Below, piece after piece: positions 11,501-24,180 of a stretch of DNA of 64,000 nucleotides (position 1 is the first letter of the stretch; each line of letters begins with the position of its first letter). Source of the DNA: Emiliania huxleyi CCMP1516 (lineage: Eukaryota); the NCBI RefSeq assembly GCF_000372725.1, contig NW_005201287.1:775081-839080 (forward strand), read 5' to 3'. The notes under the pieces were generated by a model. That model worked only from the letters and a program-made list of their open reading frames with translations, made no database searches and was not told the DNA's origin. Both the position numbers and the translations under genes were made by a program.

Positions 11501-14500
11501 CGGCCGCCTCCTCGACGTGCTCCTGCGCCGCGCCGGCGAGGGACGCGGAGCGAGCAGCCGCTGTCGCCGCCGCCGTGCGCTCGGCAAGGACCGCCTCCCC
11601 GCGCGCCCTCTGGGCCTTGGCAGCAGCCAGCTGCGCCGCCGCCGCTGCTCGCTGAGCCTCCGCCGCGGCGATCTGTTCGACGTACCACGCAGCGGCACCG
11701 CCCATGACCGCCCGCACCGCCGCCAGGCTGAGCGCGACCAGCGTCGAAACGTCCGGTCCGCCAATCGCCGTGACCGCCCACGCCCGCGCCGCCTCCACTG
11801 CAGCCAGCTTCGCAGGCTCACTGCGGAGGTGCTCGCGCCGCAGCCAACCCGCGACAGACTCAGCCGCCCCCTCTGCCATCCTGGCCGTCCACGCCTCCGC
11901 CTCGTCGACCGCCGCCACCTCCATCTCGTCCGCCCCCGCGACCCACTCGAGTCGCGCAGCGCGAGCCGCGCCCGCCCGCGCCGCCTCCGCCGACGAGGCG
12001 TCGCGCAGCATCCTCGCGATGAGCACCTCCTCGGCCGCCCCCGCCACAGCGGCGGCGGACGCGCCGAGAGCGCTCACCTCTGCCTGCACCGCCTGCGCCT
12101 GCGCCCGCGCCTCCGCCTCGCGCTCCGCCGCTGCCGCGGCCACCGCTGGCGCCGCCCGCATGCGCACCGCCTCCAGCGCCAGCGCGTGGGACTGCTCCAC
12201 CTCGCCGCGCTTGCCGCCGAGCGCCGCCTGGTGCTGTAGGTTTGCGGTGAGCCTACACGAGCAAAACACGGCCGCCCCTCCGACATAGCCACAGCCCGCG
12301 AGGGGCGGCGGGGTGGACGCGCCGCTCGGGCCGCAGCATCACGCAGCGCCGCAGCAGCGACTGCATCTCGAACGAGAGCTCCCGCGCCGGGAAACGGCGA
12401 AGGGCGTCACAGCAGGTCTGCAGCGTGAGCATCACCCCGTTGAGCAGGATCTGCTGCGTGCGTTTGTGCGCACCTAGAGACGGGGTGGGGAGCGGTGAGG
12501 GTGAGTGTGAGGCGGGCTCAGCACGTGGAGCGAGGCGTGTGATCACCCCCCTCCACCGAGTCGGCGCCCGCCGCCGCGAGCTCCTCGGTCAGCTTCGAGA
12601 CTCGCTTCTCCGCGCGCACGGCCGCAGCCGCCAGGGGCTCCGCCGTCGCCGGGCCGTGCTCCAGCTCAGGCAGCGTCGGCAGCGGAGCGGCGAGGGCGGC
12701 GTGGATCGGGGCGTCCGCGCAGTCAAAGAAGCCAAGCGCGCGCGAGCCGCCGATGGGGAAGCCGAGCTCGGCGAGGGTGGAGCGGAGCTCCTGGAAGCCG
12801 TCGAGGAAGAGGAAGCAGCACTCGAGCCCGTCGATGAGCGGCTGCGGCGGCAGGCGGAGGGAGTGAGTCGTGATTTGAGGGGGGAGGGGGGGAGGGGGAG
12901 GGAGGGGACGCCGCACCGTGCTCCCCTCCGCCAGGTTCGAGAGGACGTGCTTCGCAATCTCCGCCACCTTCTTCTTTCGCTGCTCAAGCGGAAACCGCTG
13001 GCCCCGCCAGAGGACCTCCTCGACGATCCACTCGAGGAAGCGGAGGATCTCGCCCTTCTCCTCCCACGAGACGGCGAGGAAAGTCTTGGCGATGATCGTG
13101 CCGTTGGCCGACCGCGCGTCCACGACGAGGCGCACGCTAAGAACGCAAACGCACGGGTGGAGAGCGCCAAGCCAGTGCAGCGCGGGCTGCGGCTGAAGAA
13201 GCGAGAAGCTCTGAGAGTGAAGGTCTATCCTCTACTACGCGCGCCTCCAGCGCTTTGTCGGGTACGCCTGCGCGCATGCAAGCGCCGCCGACAGAGGCGC
13301 TCGCACGGCGGCGCTCTCGGCTCGCTGAGGGTGCGCGGCGATCTGCTCGCCGTGCTCCGACAGCACCTTGCTTGGCGCCCCGGCGTCCGCGCGCCCCTTC
13401 CCGGCGGCCTTGCCTACGCAAGGAGACGCTCGGATTCAATTAAGCGCGCGGCCGCACCCGCCGACAGCAGCGTGCGACCCACCTACGGAGCAACCCCTCT
13501 CCTCAAGCGTGGGGGCAGAGAGGGAGTGTGAGAGGGCGAGGCGGCGTCACCGAGCGAGCAGCCGGCCGTGAGGAGCCGCCACGGGATGAGCCCGGACGTG
13601 ACGCCGTAGGCGACTGCGGCGTGGACGACGTGCGTCATCACCTAGGGAGCAGCGAGGGACTTTGAGAGAGCGAGTGACTTTGAGCGGACGGAGGCTCCAC
13701 CGAGTATAGACCTAGAGAGAAGAAGGGAGAGGCTCAGCAGGTCCCCGCGCAGAGTGAGCAGCGACGAGCGGGACGCCTGCTCGGCGTCCCAATTGAGGCT
13801 GGCGAAGCGTCTGCGCGTGGCGGCGAGCAGCAGCGTGAGCGGGCCGCGGTCGTCCTCCGTCGCGAGGCGACAGACGTCGCCTGCACACAACCTGGACGAG
13901 TCAATGTAGTGAACCCACAAGTGCACCTGCCCGCCGCAGCGCGCCGTCGGGGACGAGGACGCCGGCGGCGACCAGCACCTTGCTGCCGCGCTCGAGGCTG
14001 CGCTGCGCCGCGTCGCGGTGAGACTCGGGCGCGTACAGCGCCGAATCCTCGACGCGCTGCGACATGCGCACCAGCTTCCCGACGGCGCCGTGCCCGACCG
14101 AGAAGGCCCGCGTCGGATCGCGCCTGGAGAGGAGTGAGAGCGAGTGAAGAGGGAAGGAGGGGGTGGGAGAGGAGCGCCAGCGGCTCTCACAGTGAGCTCC
14201 AGACGCGGAATCCCGCCGTGCCGCTGAAGTCGCGGAAGAAGACGAAGAGGGACGAGACGACGAAGAGGAAGGGGCCGGGGTGCGGCCGGGGCGCGGCGCC
14301 GCTGCGGTAGAGCGCCTCGCGCACGGCGGCGGCGGCGGTGGCTGGCAGCGAGGGGAAGCCGAGCAGCTGCCGCAGGTAGGACGGCTGCATATCCGAGAGG
14401 CTCTCGCCCACGTGCTTCCCGAAGCCCACCCGCAGCGTGGCGCCGTCCTCCCGGTCCGTGTAGAGGTAGGAGCCGTACCGCGCCGTCTCCGCCTCGAGGA

Positions 14501-15772
14501 GCGCCCGCAGCCGCGCCTGCTCGGCCAGCGCGGCGTCGGCGTCGTCCGGGATCACCCCGTCCGCCAGCAGCCCGCTCAGCACCGCCCCGGCGGCGACGGC
14601 ATCCGCCCCCGCAGAGTGCGCCTTTGTGAGGGAGTGCGAGTACCGCTCCGCCGCCGCGCCGAGGGCGTGCGAGGGCCAGTGGCGGCGGAAGAACTTGAGC
14701 CACACCAGCGGGTCGAGGACGGTCGCTGGGTCGATGCGCGCCGCCAGGCCGTGCCGCTCGAGCTCCGCGTTGAGGAGCGGCACGTCGAACGCGAGCGCGT
14801 TGTAGCCGCAGAGGAGGGGCGGCGTGGCGGACCCGCCGCCCGCCTCCGCCTCGCCGCGCAGGAGCGCAACGATGCGGGGGGCGACGTCGGCGAAGGACGG
14901 CGCGTCCTCCACGTCCGCGTCGCCGAGGCCGTGCACCGCGCTCGCCGCCGCCGGTATGGCCACGCCCGGGTTGACGAGCAACTCGAGCGGAGGTCCTACC
15001 CGCGCGCCGCGCCGCAGGTACGCTGCGCCGAACTGGACGACTCGGTCCTTGGTCGTGTCGAGCCCGGTCGTCTCGACGTCGAGGAGGAGCACGGTCCGCT
15101 TGCTGAAGGGGTCGCTCGCGGTGGGCGACTGCTGCTGCAGCGGCCGCTGCAGCGGAGGCGGCGGCAGCAGCGGCGGCGGCGGCATCGGCGGCGGCGGCAG
15201 CGGAGGCGAGTAGCACTCCTTCTGGAACTTGGCGTACTGCTCGTTCACGTCGGCGGCGACGAGCAGGTCCACGCCGACGGCGGCCGCGGCGCAGCCGTCG
15301 ACGGACTTGAGGCGCTGAAGCGCGGCCCACTCCTCGACCTTTGCGGCGGCGTGGTGATCGCCGTGCTGCACCGACAGCAGCCAGATCAAGTAGGCCTGGG
15401 CGTCAAGCCGCTTGCCCGTCAACCCGAGGCTGGCAGCGCGCGCCTAGTGACACCGGCCAAGCGGTGAGGCCGGCTGTCTATCGAAGTCGGTAGGTGCCCC
15501 TCAGACGCGACCAGCGCTTCTGGGTACGAGAGCCAGGGCGCGCTCGCCCTCGCCGCGTCGGGCGCGGCATCTGTGCAGGCGGCAAGGAGCCGGGTGGGCG
15601 GTGGCGGAAGGGTGGGCTCCGTACGGTGGCGGAGTGGGCGCGGCGCAGAGCAAGGGTGGCGCAGAGTGAGTGAGGCGCAGGGCGAGAGTGGGCGGTGGCC
15701 TGGATCGCCGGCGCGACGGTCGGGCCGATCGGCCGGCTCTGGCGAGCCATCGTAGTCGCTTTCGCCTGGCAT
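8505..15772 (-). CDS. Large multi-exon gene: DEDDh 3'-5' exonuclease (DnaQ/ExoX-like), unknown region, Ala-rich coiled coil, two Zn(II)2Cys6 clusters, Agenet/Tudor domain (could be two genes)
   Basis: Exonuclease motifs DVETTG, GYNALAFD and HSAGAD plus FGKHVG..PSYL (about 14330-15090). Zn clusters CKNCQKAKTAC..PCQRCTRLGLQC and CDQCKRAKTKC..PCARCVRLKLEC (about 10360-10565). Spliced FAVGDR|VEIVGHAEGFFGSRYAGAVV is Agenet-like. Exon-like blocks with GY-AG boundaries fill the gaps. Confidence 0.6.
10031..10205 (-). repeat. Coding 21-bp tandem repeat, about 8 x (AVAAPAL)
   Basis: Repeated gccaccgccagcgcgggagcc units. Confidence 0.9.
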
Positions 15773-16499
15773 CGGTTCGCGCTGCCTAGTGCGACAGACG
15801 GAGTGCCACAGAGCAGCGAGCACAGGGACGACCGTGACCGTGCGAGCGGCTCGTTCGGCTCGGCTCGGCAAATCGGCTCGGCGGCGACGTGGACGCGAGT
15901 TTGAAAAAAACAAAGTGCAACAAAATCTACGAGAAAGTACGAATGATCGTAGCGAGAATCGGCGAGAGACTGCGAAGAGAGATAGGAAGAGGCAGACTCC
16001 CTAGGGTGGGCGACGGATAGCGCACCACACACCTCTCCTTAAAATCCCTGTGTGGTGGCGGCGTGCCGTCCTCCCATCCCTCCCTTGGGTTGTCTGTTTT
16101 CTTTCTTTCTTTTCTTTTAAAGTACGAATGAGCTACATACACTGAAAAAGAAAACAGTCAGATTCGGAAGGGCCGTGCTCCGGAGGTTTTTGGGTTTTTG
16201 GCAGGAGGGAGGGATAGGGTGTGGTGACTTGGAACCAGGGAGAGCCCTCAGGTGTATTCTTTTTTTGCTTGGGCGGCCCTCATCATGAAATTCTGCAAAA
16301 ACCTGACCGGCCCCTGCGGTGCCCCTTCCTCCCTACCTACGTCCTACCTACCTACCTACCCTACTTATGGGAAACTAAAAAAGAAATCATGGGACGCGTG
16401 AAGGTGGGGTATTATACCAACTAAAGTGATGGGTGGTGGTACTCTCCTGCAGCCACAGTCCTTCCTGTGACATGGCAGGCCACTCTCAGGCCCTACAAG

Positions 16500-17032
16500 C
16501 GTTTGATTCCGGGGAGGCGGGAGCACGAGGGCTCCCACTTGCGCCCGGCGGCGCGCGGAGGAGGCCGAGAGTATAGGCCAAGTGCAAAAACAGAACAGAA
16601 AGAGAGCTGGAAGCCGCCGACGAACAACAAACGAGCCGCATCGGCGTGCGTGACACGATGAGTCACACTGGACAGTGTGGAGGCACAAGTGTCACGCAAG
16701 ACAAACAGAGAGTACGAACGAGGTACTAGTGGAGCGAGACATCGCTCCAACCCCTAGAGAGTGCGAAGAGCTCCGCATTCCAACGCTATAGCGTCGACCT
16801 GCACGGTGGTTCCGTGATCGCCGTGAACGGCCAAAAAAATCGAGCAGGGCTCTCCCCTGGTTCCAAGTCACCACACCCTATCCCTGTGTGGTGGCGGCGT
16901 GCCGTCCTCCCATCCCTCCCTTGGGTTGTTCACGATCTTTTTCTTTCTTCTGCAGTCGAGCGCGCCGTGGCGAGGGGAGCTAGGCCGGCCGGCGCTGGGT
17001 GGGGCTTTCGTTCGCGCCGCCTATGTACACCT
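16500..17032 (-). repeat. Inverted copies of modules A (16500-16785) and B (16798-17032)
   Basis: Reverse complement of 7739-8022 and 8112-8381. Confidence 0.9.
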
Positions 17033-17192
17033 GTCCCTTACCAAGAGAATCGATTAGAAAGAAAGGAGATCGCGAGGCACTGGGAGCAACAACCCGAGAT
17101 TTTCGGCAAAGCTCCAAGAGAAGAAACTGCAGGCTTGCCGGCGTTACGATAGAAGATCCCAGCGAGCGCGCCCCTGCCGCGCAAACGCTAGT

Positions 17193-18746
17193 ATGGCGTC
17201 AGATGCATGCATGCCGATGCTCATCATCAATATGGGTGGTGAGATGATCTACATCTTGGAGCAGCGGCTAAACGCACAGAGCATCCCGAGCGACAAGGCC
17301 ACTCGAGGCATGCCATGCCGCGCAAAGAGCCGCGTTGGCCCCACGCAGCCCGGACCCCGAACCCTCTATTTCTGTAGTGCTGCACGACGTAGTGCGCACC
17401 ATGTACAGCCCTCGGTTCATCGGTGAGCTCTTCCGAAGCCAAGAGATGTACTCGGTCGAGGCGACCCGCCAGATCTTCGACCGGCTCGCGCACTCATCCA
17501 TCATGCGTCTCAACAAAGCTTCGATGGACAAGGTTCGCCCGCCCCTCTCCCAGCGCCTGCACTCCACCTGAAGCTCAATCTACACACCGATGCCCCGACG
17601 CAGCTCTTCGACCTCATGACGATGGGGTTCAAGTACCAAATGCTGGCGTGCCGCTATCCGCAGGCACTTGAGCCCTCGCACGCCACGCGTGCGGCGTCCT
17701 CACACAGCCCACCGACACCCGGGCGCGACGCTCGGCAGGAGCTGGTGCTGGTAACTCTGAACCATCTGCACGAGATTCGCAAGAAAGTTCTCCGATCCGA
17801 GGCGGTTACTGAGCTTGTCGACTGCGCTATCCGGGCCGTCTACGACAAGTATCTCGCGATGAGCAGTGCCGATTTCGCCTCGCTGAAGCAGGCGGGCTCG
17901 ACGGCTCCCGCCACCCCTGCGTCGCCAGAACCCCTGATTCCGTGTCACCGCCCCCCGGCAGTCTCTGTGCGGCTTCTTCGGCGGCAAGTTGGTCAAGGTG
18001 TCGCTCTTCCTGCAGGAGGGGATCCAGACCGCGGACGGCACAATTGTCATCTCGCCGAGCGGGCCTCTCCCGCCCTCAGTCGATACGCCAGGGACCATAA
18101 CCTACTTGGACGCCTCGGGCGCGGTGAGCGCGTGCGAAAGCTTCCCGTACCCGGCAAACACGCTGCCAGCGCACAGCCCTGCAGATGAGCTGGCGTCGTG
18201 CCGGCTCGGACTGAACAAGTATGCCACCCACGACAAGGGCGAATCCCCCAACGTGCGGTCGTCGTCGTCGCCGCCGCCGCCGCCGCCTCGGGCGGTGTCA
18301 GTACCCACCTCCGCAGTCCCGCCGCCGATAGCAAGTGTGGACAGCACCTCTGCCGAGCGCGACATCTTGCGCAGCAGCAGCGCGGCAAAGTCGACAAAAG
18401 AGCTCAACCTGCTCGCCGAGCTCCTCGTCGGTGGCGGTGGCCCGACGGATTCCTTCAAGCTGAACCTCTTCCCCGAGTCCGGCGCGGGCTCCTTCGACAG
18501 CGGCGGCAGCACGACCATCACCATCGACCTCGACGGCCAAGCCTCCGATGCGAGCGGGCTGGCCGGCATCGTGGCGGACTTGAAGGTCCATGCGCCGGCG
18601 GAGGCGGATAACGGAGGCGAGCTCCTTGCCGCACTCGCCGCGCTCGCCGCATCTGCCCCAGCGGGCGCCCCCTCCACGGCTCACTGCCTGGAACCCAACC
18701 TCTCTCAGGCGGCGACGACTTGCTTGATCTGATGGACGAGTTATAG
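17193..18746 (+). CDS. OSCP1: OSCP1/NOR1 family protein (cilia-associated), multi-exon
   Basis: MPMLIINMGGEMIYILEQRLNAQSI, FDRLAHSSIMRLNKASMDK|LFDLMTMGFKYQ, VTLNHL, VKVSLFLQEGIQ and a C-terminal DDLLDLMDEL. Confidence 0.9.
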
Positions 18747-19088
18747 CGCTGACTGGGGCCACGGTTTTGGGGCGACGGGCGTCGGTCTCACTCGTCACTG
18801 CCGTCTGCAGATACATATGTAGGGTGTGCACTCTCGCAAGCCAGCAGCGAGCGGGGGGCGTGATCTCTGCGGCGAAAGCCGTGTGATTTGTGTGTTGCCA
18901 TGAGCTTATTAAAATTATGGCTGTCAGGTCGTGTGTGGGGTTGTGGAGTCTCGAGTTTGGAGTAAAAAGCCGGACCGGTGCCACTGGGATCTGGGTGGAC
19001 GCTACTACCTTAAATGCCTCGGGGTGAGGCGCTGTTCGCGCAAAAGCCAGCCCAGGGTTCTGTGCGTACCAAAGGTGAGACGTCAAAA

Positions 19089-19529
19089 TCACTCGCGCAG
19101 CGCGGTTATCACCGTGCGCTTCTTCGACTTCATGTGCTCTGCCACACCGCGCGTCACGGTCGCGGTCGGACACCGCCGCCGCAAATCGTCTTCGATGAAC
19201 TCCCCCCACCGTCGGTACTGCGCGTCGGTGTCCGTATCGCCGTCCGTGTAGAGCGACTGGAACAGTGCCGGGTCCTCATCCGCCTCAGCCGCCGACCGCT
19301 TGGGCAGGCAGCACGGTGACAGCACGAGCACACGCACGCCGCGCACCGCGGAGAAAGCTTCGACGGCGCGCAAGCTGAGCCGGCCGCACAAGTGGACTCC
19401 GATCAGCGCGGTCGGGCGCGGTGCCGCAGCCTCGACCTCCTGCGCCAGCCTCGCGAGGAACACCTCACTCTGCACGTCGGCACGCACGTACCGCACGCGC
19501 GCGCCGCCGCCGCCCTCGCCCTCGCCGTC

Positions 19530-19582
<53 letters not shown>

Positions 19583-20509
19583 CGCCCTCGCCGCCGCCCT
19601 CGCCGCCGCCGCCCTCTCCCGCGAACCCCACCTCGAAGTGGGGCAGCCCCTTGCTCGCCAGCCGGTCGATGGCGGTGACGCGGCAGCCTGGCCAGCGCAG
19701 CGCGGCGGTGGCTGCGGTGAGGCCTGAGGTGCGGGCGCGCCGGCGTGAGGCGAGGGGGTGGAGGTCGTGCAGAGGCCGAGGCGGCGGGCGTAGGCGGCGA
19801 CGGTGGTGGGCGGCGGCGGGGCTTGTGGCGCTGCGCCCGGCAGAGTCATGTCTCGGAAGTGTCGAGCACCGCAGCCGCAACAGAGGTCGACGACGTGCCA
19901 TTGCTCCGGCTCGCCGACGACGGCCTGCAGCGCGTCGCACGCCGACATCGACTCGGTCAGCTCCTTGGCGAGGTGCTTGTACCCTGCGAGGAGGTGGAAG
20001 GGCGGAGCGAGCAGCGGCACGTGCAGCCGGTCGGCGAAGAAGCGCTCGACCAGCGGGTTCGCCTCTGCGCCCGCCCGCACGCGCCGGGCGAGGTGCTCGA
20101 GCCGGGAAGTCGCGGCGAGCGGAGCGCCGCACGTCAGGCAGCGGAGCGTACCGTCCTGCCGCCGCACCGCCAGGGCCTCGCTCTCGAGCGCGCGGAGCCG
20201 CGCCGCCACCGGAACCATCGGGCTCCCGCTCGCAGCATGCTCCTCCGCATAGTCTGCCGCGGTTCGCTTGGACTCGCTGCGCTCGCCGACCGTCGCGGCC
20301 GCGCCACGCTGCAGCAGGAGCTCGACCAGTGCCGGCTTGCTCATGATGGCGGCCAGCATCAGCGGCGTCCTGCCGGCCCGGTTGCGCTCCGCGAGCGCTG
20401 GCGCGTCTGCGGACTGCGCCAAGGCAAACGCGTCCTCCCAGCGCCCGGCGCCGATCGCCGCGTGCAGCTCCGGATCAGGACGCCGCCTGCTGCGTGCGAC
20501 GACCGGCAT
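19089..20509 (-). CDS. Ankyrin-repeat + SAM-dependent methyltransferase (Methyltransf_32-like)
   Basis: Ankyrin GRTPLMLAAIMSKPALVELLLQRGA; methyltransferase motifs VVDLCCG, VTAIDR, LIGVHLCGRLS and LVLSPCCLP; one intron near 19730-19870. Confidence 0.7.
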
Positions 20510-21096
20510 GGTGGCGCGACACGAGATGACCGGGCTGAGCGCACGACTCAACCGCGAAGCGGGGCCAGTGGAAATAGAATCTTACAACCAAACTCCCTCG
20601 CAATGGAAATAGAAAAAATGCATGACCTGTGTCTCGATAAAGGTACCTTTCGGTGCACTTCCTGTCGTCTGTTGTGTCGTTGTGCCCTTGTTAGTTTCTC
20701 TTGGCACCGTGGAGTGCTGGGGGGGGCGACAGGGAGGATATGGCCTTGAGTTATGTGTAAGCCGACTCAGGGTGTGTGGCAGCCCGCTGGCTGTGTGTCT
20801 TGTGAGCTTGTTTGTGTCTGTGTGTCGCTCGTGCGTGTCGTCATCATCTGTCTAGCGTCCACCCATACCGCGTTGGTGTCCAGTCCGAGCCTGGCTGTTC
20901 TTCACCTTTCTACCTACCTACCTACCTCGGTGTGTAGAAGGGGCCCGCGCTTTGTTTCTTGTTTGTTGTGCCAAATGACACACTTCAAAATTTGCCAGTT
21001 CAAAATCGGTTGTGAGTGGTTGTTTTGTGGTTACTCGAGTGGTACAGAACCCACTCCGAATATCGGAGTCGCTCCTCATGGGTTCGCAACACGAAC

Positions 21097-21106
21097 CTCT
21101 CTCTCT

Positions 21107-21189
<83 letters not shown>

Positions 21190-21214
21190 TCCCTCTCCCT
21201 CTCTCCCTCTCTCC

Positions 21215-21250
<36 letters not shown>

Positions 21251-21260
21251 CGCGCGCGCG
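21097..21260. repeat. (CT)n microsatellite abutting a (CG)n run
   Basis: About 140 bp of ct/ccct repeats followed directly by about 26 bp of alternating cg. Confidence 0.95.
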
Positions 21261-21347
21261 TCTTTCTTTCTCTTTTTATAAATCTTTCGAAACGTAACGG
21301 ACTTTGCAGTCTGGCGCCAAGCGCTTCTCGGCTCGTCTCATCGGGTA

Positions 21348-22855
21348 TGCCCCGTGCGCGCACGGTGCCCGTAGACGACGTTTCGGGCGCGCGGGTCGAC
21401 GATGAGTCGCGTCGACGCCAGCGGATGCCTCCGCTCCGGCCAGACAGATTTGACGTGCTCGCGGCTCATGCCGCAGAGGAGAGGCTTGAGGCAGATGAGG
21501 CTGACTCGGTGGTCAGCCGTGCCTTGCAGCGAGCAGAGCACTTGGCGACTCACTTGACCCCAGGAGAGCAGGGCGATTCGCCTGCGCTAGCACGAGCTCT
21601 GGCAGCGCTGCGAGATGCGCAGCTGGAGGCGGCTTCTCTCTACGAGAGGGCGGAGAGAGCATTCCTCGCTGCAGAGCTTGAGGCGGAGCAGTCGGGGGAG
21701 CGGGAGCGGCGACTCGAGCGGGTGACGAGGCGGCGGAGGCCTCGTTGGCGCCGGGGCAAGTGCGCGAGCGCATGTGCCGCCCTGGTGGCGCTCTGCTGTC
21801 TCGGCTTAGTCCTGCTGTGTGTGCTCGTGGCGTCAGGTTACGACGGCTTCACTGTCAACGAGGTTGACTACTGGTATCCGGTCGCCCTCTGCTTCCACAG
21901 CCTTGGTGGCGCTCAGGCCAACTATGTTGGGACTGAGGCCGACTCGTGCGGGTCTGTCTGTGCCGTGGATGGAAGTGCGACGCCAAGCAGGGTCACGATA
22001 GAGGTAGGGCGCCGAGGCTATGGCGGCGACGCTGGCTTCAGACTCGGTGCGCCCTACCGCCTCGTACTCCTCGGCTTTGCTGACAGTCTCGCATGTACGG
22101 CACGCCTCTCCACTGTTCGTGGCGTCACGCTGGTGGAGGCTGGCTTTGATTCTCGGAGCTGCGCAAGTACAAGGAGGGGGCTCCGCGCGGCATCGCACTT
22201 GAACTCGACAGCCGCATGGATTCGCCGTCGCCTGGAGGGTGTGAGAAGCGGCACTTGGTTCACGCGAATGCACAGCGACGACCTGTCGCTCGCGCGCACG
22301 CGCTTCGGCCCCGACGCGCGCTGGGGCGGGGAGGTGCAGCCGACTGTGCATGGCGACGTGAGTTGCGCGCTCGGCATTGTGGCAGCTGGGACGCGGGTTG
22401 CTCTGCAGCGTTCGGCGCCATCCATGGCGAACAGTGAGACGGAGAGAGAACAGTGCGATGGCATGGTGCGCCCTCTGGAGTGGACGGCGATGCGAGCAGA
22501 GCTCGGCGAGCCGTTTGTCCTCGAGTCGTCTGATTTCCCGTTGACCCTCTCGATTGATGGTGCGGTGGGGATACTGGCATCGAGACCGGGGCGAGCAGCC
22601 GCACTCGCGGCGCTTCCACCGCCCGAGCTCTTCTTCACATTTTACACCTCCGAGGTAAATTGGGCGGAGCGGTATGGTCTGTGGCTTGGGCTACCGCTCG
22701 GCGTGCTTCTCGGCCTGTGCTGCTGCTGCTGCTGCCTCTCGTGCTTGTGCCCACGGCGGCGCGAGAGTGAGGCGGGCCCGCCAGAGATGCGTGCCGCGAG
22801 GCTCGACGACTGTGAGGTGGAGGTGGTGCGCTGCGCCTCAGTCAGAAGCCCGTAA
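21348..22855 (+). CDS. Intronless membrane protein of unknown function (coiled coil, two hydrophobic segments, Cys-rich juxtamembrane)
   Basis: Long open frame from MPRART; hydrophobic stretches ALVALCCLGLVLLCVLVA and LWLGLPLGVLLGLCCCCCC. Confidence 0.55.
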
Positions 22856-22998
22856 AACTCTAGCAGAGTGTGTAGATCTCTTGACAAAATGCACATGCCC
22901 TTGCACGCGTGATTTGGATAGGGCGGGGACACATGTCCCACTATCCATCTCGTCAGAGTGGTGACTGTTTTACACTTTCTGCACAAACACGACACGTA

Positions 22999-23678
22999 TC
23001 AACCGCGCTTTCTGAGCGGGGCGGGCTGACTTGCCGCAACATCTGGTGACGTGGCCCGCTCCACACCGCGCTTCTCCTTCTCGTCACGCTCCTTCGCCAT
23101 CTCCGACGCAATCTGACCCAGCTGCCAGGTGATATCCCACTCCTCATCCTCCTCGGCGCAGCTGGCGGCCGGTGTTAAGTGAGCGTGCAGTATCCCGAGA
23201 TCGACACCGAGCGCGGCTGCCGAGGGCAGTGCCATGTGGATCTCAACATCCAAATCCTGGATCGGCGGCAGCTTGCGGCGGTAGGCTGCTGTCTCGGCCA
23301 CCTACAGCAATATTCGTGAGCGGCTGAGGACTGGGCCGTAGCGATCGGAGAGAGCGGGTGCATAACCTGCATCGCCACATTGGCAGTCTCATCCTCGAGG
23401 TCGGGGATGAAGGTCTCCGGGCCGTCGTCCTCGTCGTCCCCTTGACTTCGCCGAGCCTCCGCCGCCGGTCTCTCCTCTCCCTTCTCTCCAGCTGCCTCGC
23501 GGCGCCGCCTGGGCGCAGCTGATGCCTTGGCGCCCGACTCTCCCCACCCGGACCGCTTGGCACCTCGTACCGGACTTGCCTGCGAACCATCCGCATCGTC
23601 CTCGGCAGGCCTCCTCCGCGGCGCTGCCCGCCGGGGTGCTTCCGCCTGGAACGCGCCGTCGAACTTGGAACTCTCCAT
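22999..23678 (-). CDS. IFT43: Intraflagellar transport protein 43
   Basis: SGWG, FIPDLEDE..MQ|VAE, IQDLD, GVDLGIL..L.P..EEDEEWD...IASEM follow the IFT43 C-terminal pattern; one intron at about 23302-23367. Confidence 0.85.
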
Positions 23679-24180
23679 TGTGCCAGCCCGTTGATCCGTT
23701 ACACACGGGGATTGGCCAAAGAAAAGGATTTCCCTCAGGCCGACATTGCGAGGGAAATCAAAAGACGGATCTTACCACAACCACCACACCAATACGCTGC
23801 CCACTCTCAATCTGTCTGTCTCAGTATGTAACGATCTCACGAATCTCGCGCGCTGGTGCATGCTTGCGCTGCACATCGCCCTTGACTCCCCCACTTTCGA
23901 TAAGCCTTACCTTCGAGCTCCGATATCCGTTCTTCTGGTCGATCACTACTCCTCGACACTCGATCTGGTGGAGAAGTCACTGATTAGCTGATGTGGCGCT
24001 ACGCGAATGGAGCGTGTGTTCCACAACAGTCGCAACACCTCCTACGTTTTGGTCGCGTTTTCCGCAACGGCTCCCAAATAATAAGCGAAACGGCATGCAA
24101 CTCATCATCCCTCCAGCTCAGCTCAGCTTCTGTCGGAGGCTACAGAAACGATAGCCGCCGCAGCGCTCGCGACGGGCATC

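Noticed and set aside
761..15772. Endogenous giant virus or prophage region
   Set aside because: No capsid, packaging ATPase or polB genes; the genes have host-type introns and flank the housekeeping gene SHMT.
20753..21347. N-terminal extension of the 700-aa ORF
   Set aside because: Runs through a repeat module and a microsatellite; the ATG at 21348 is more plausible.
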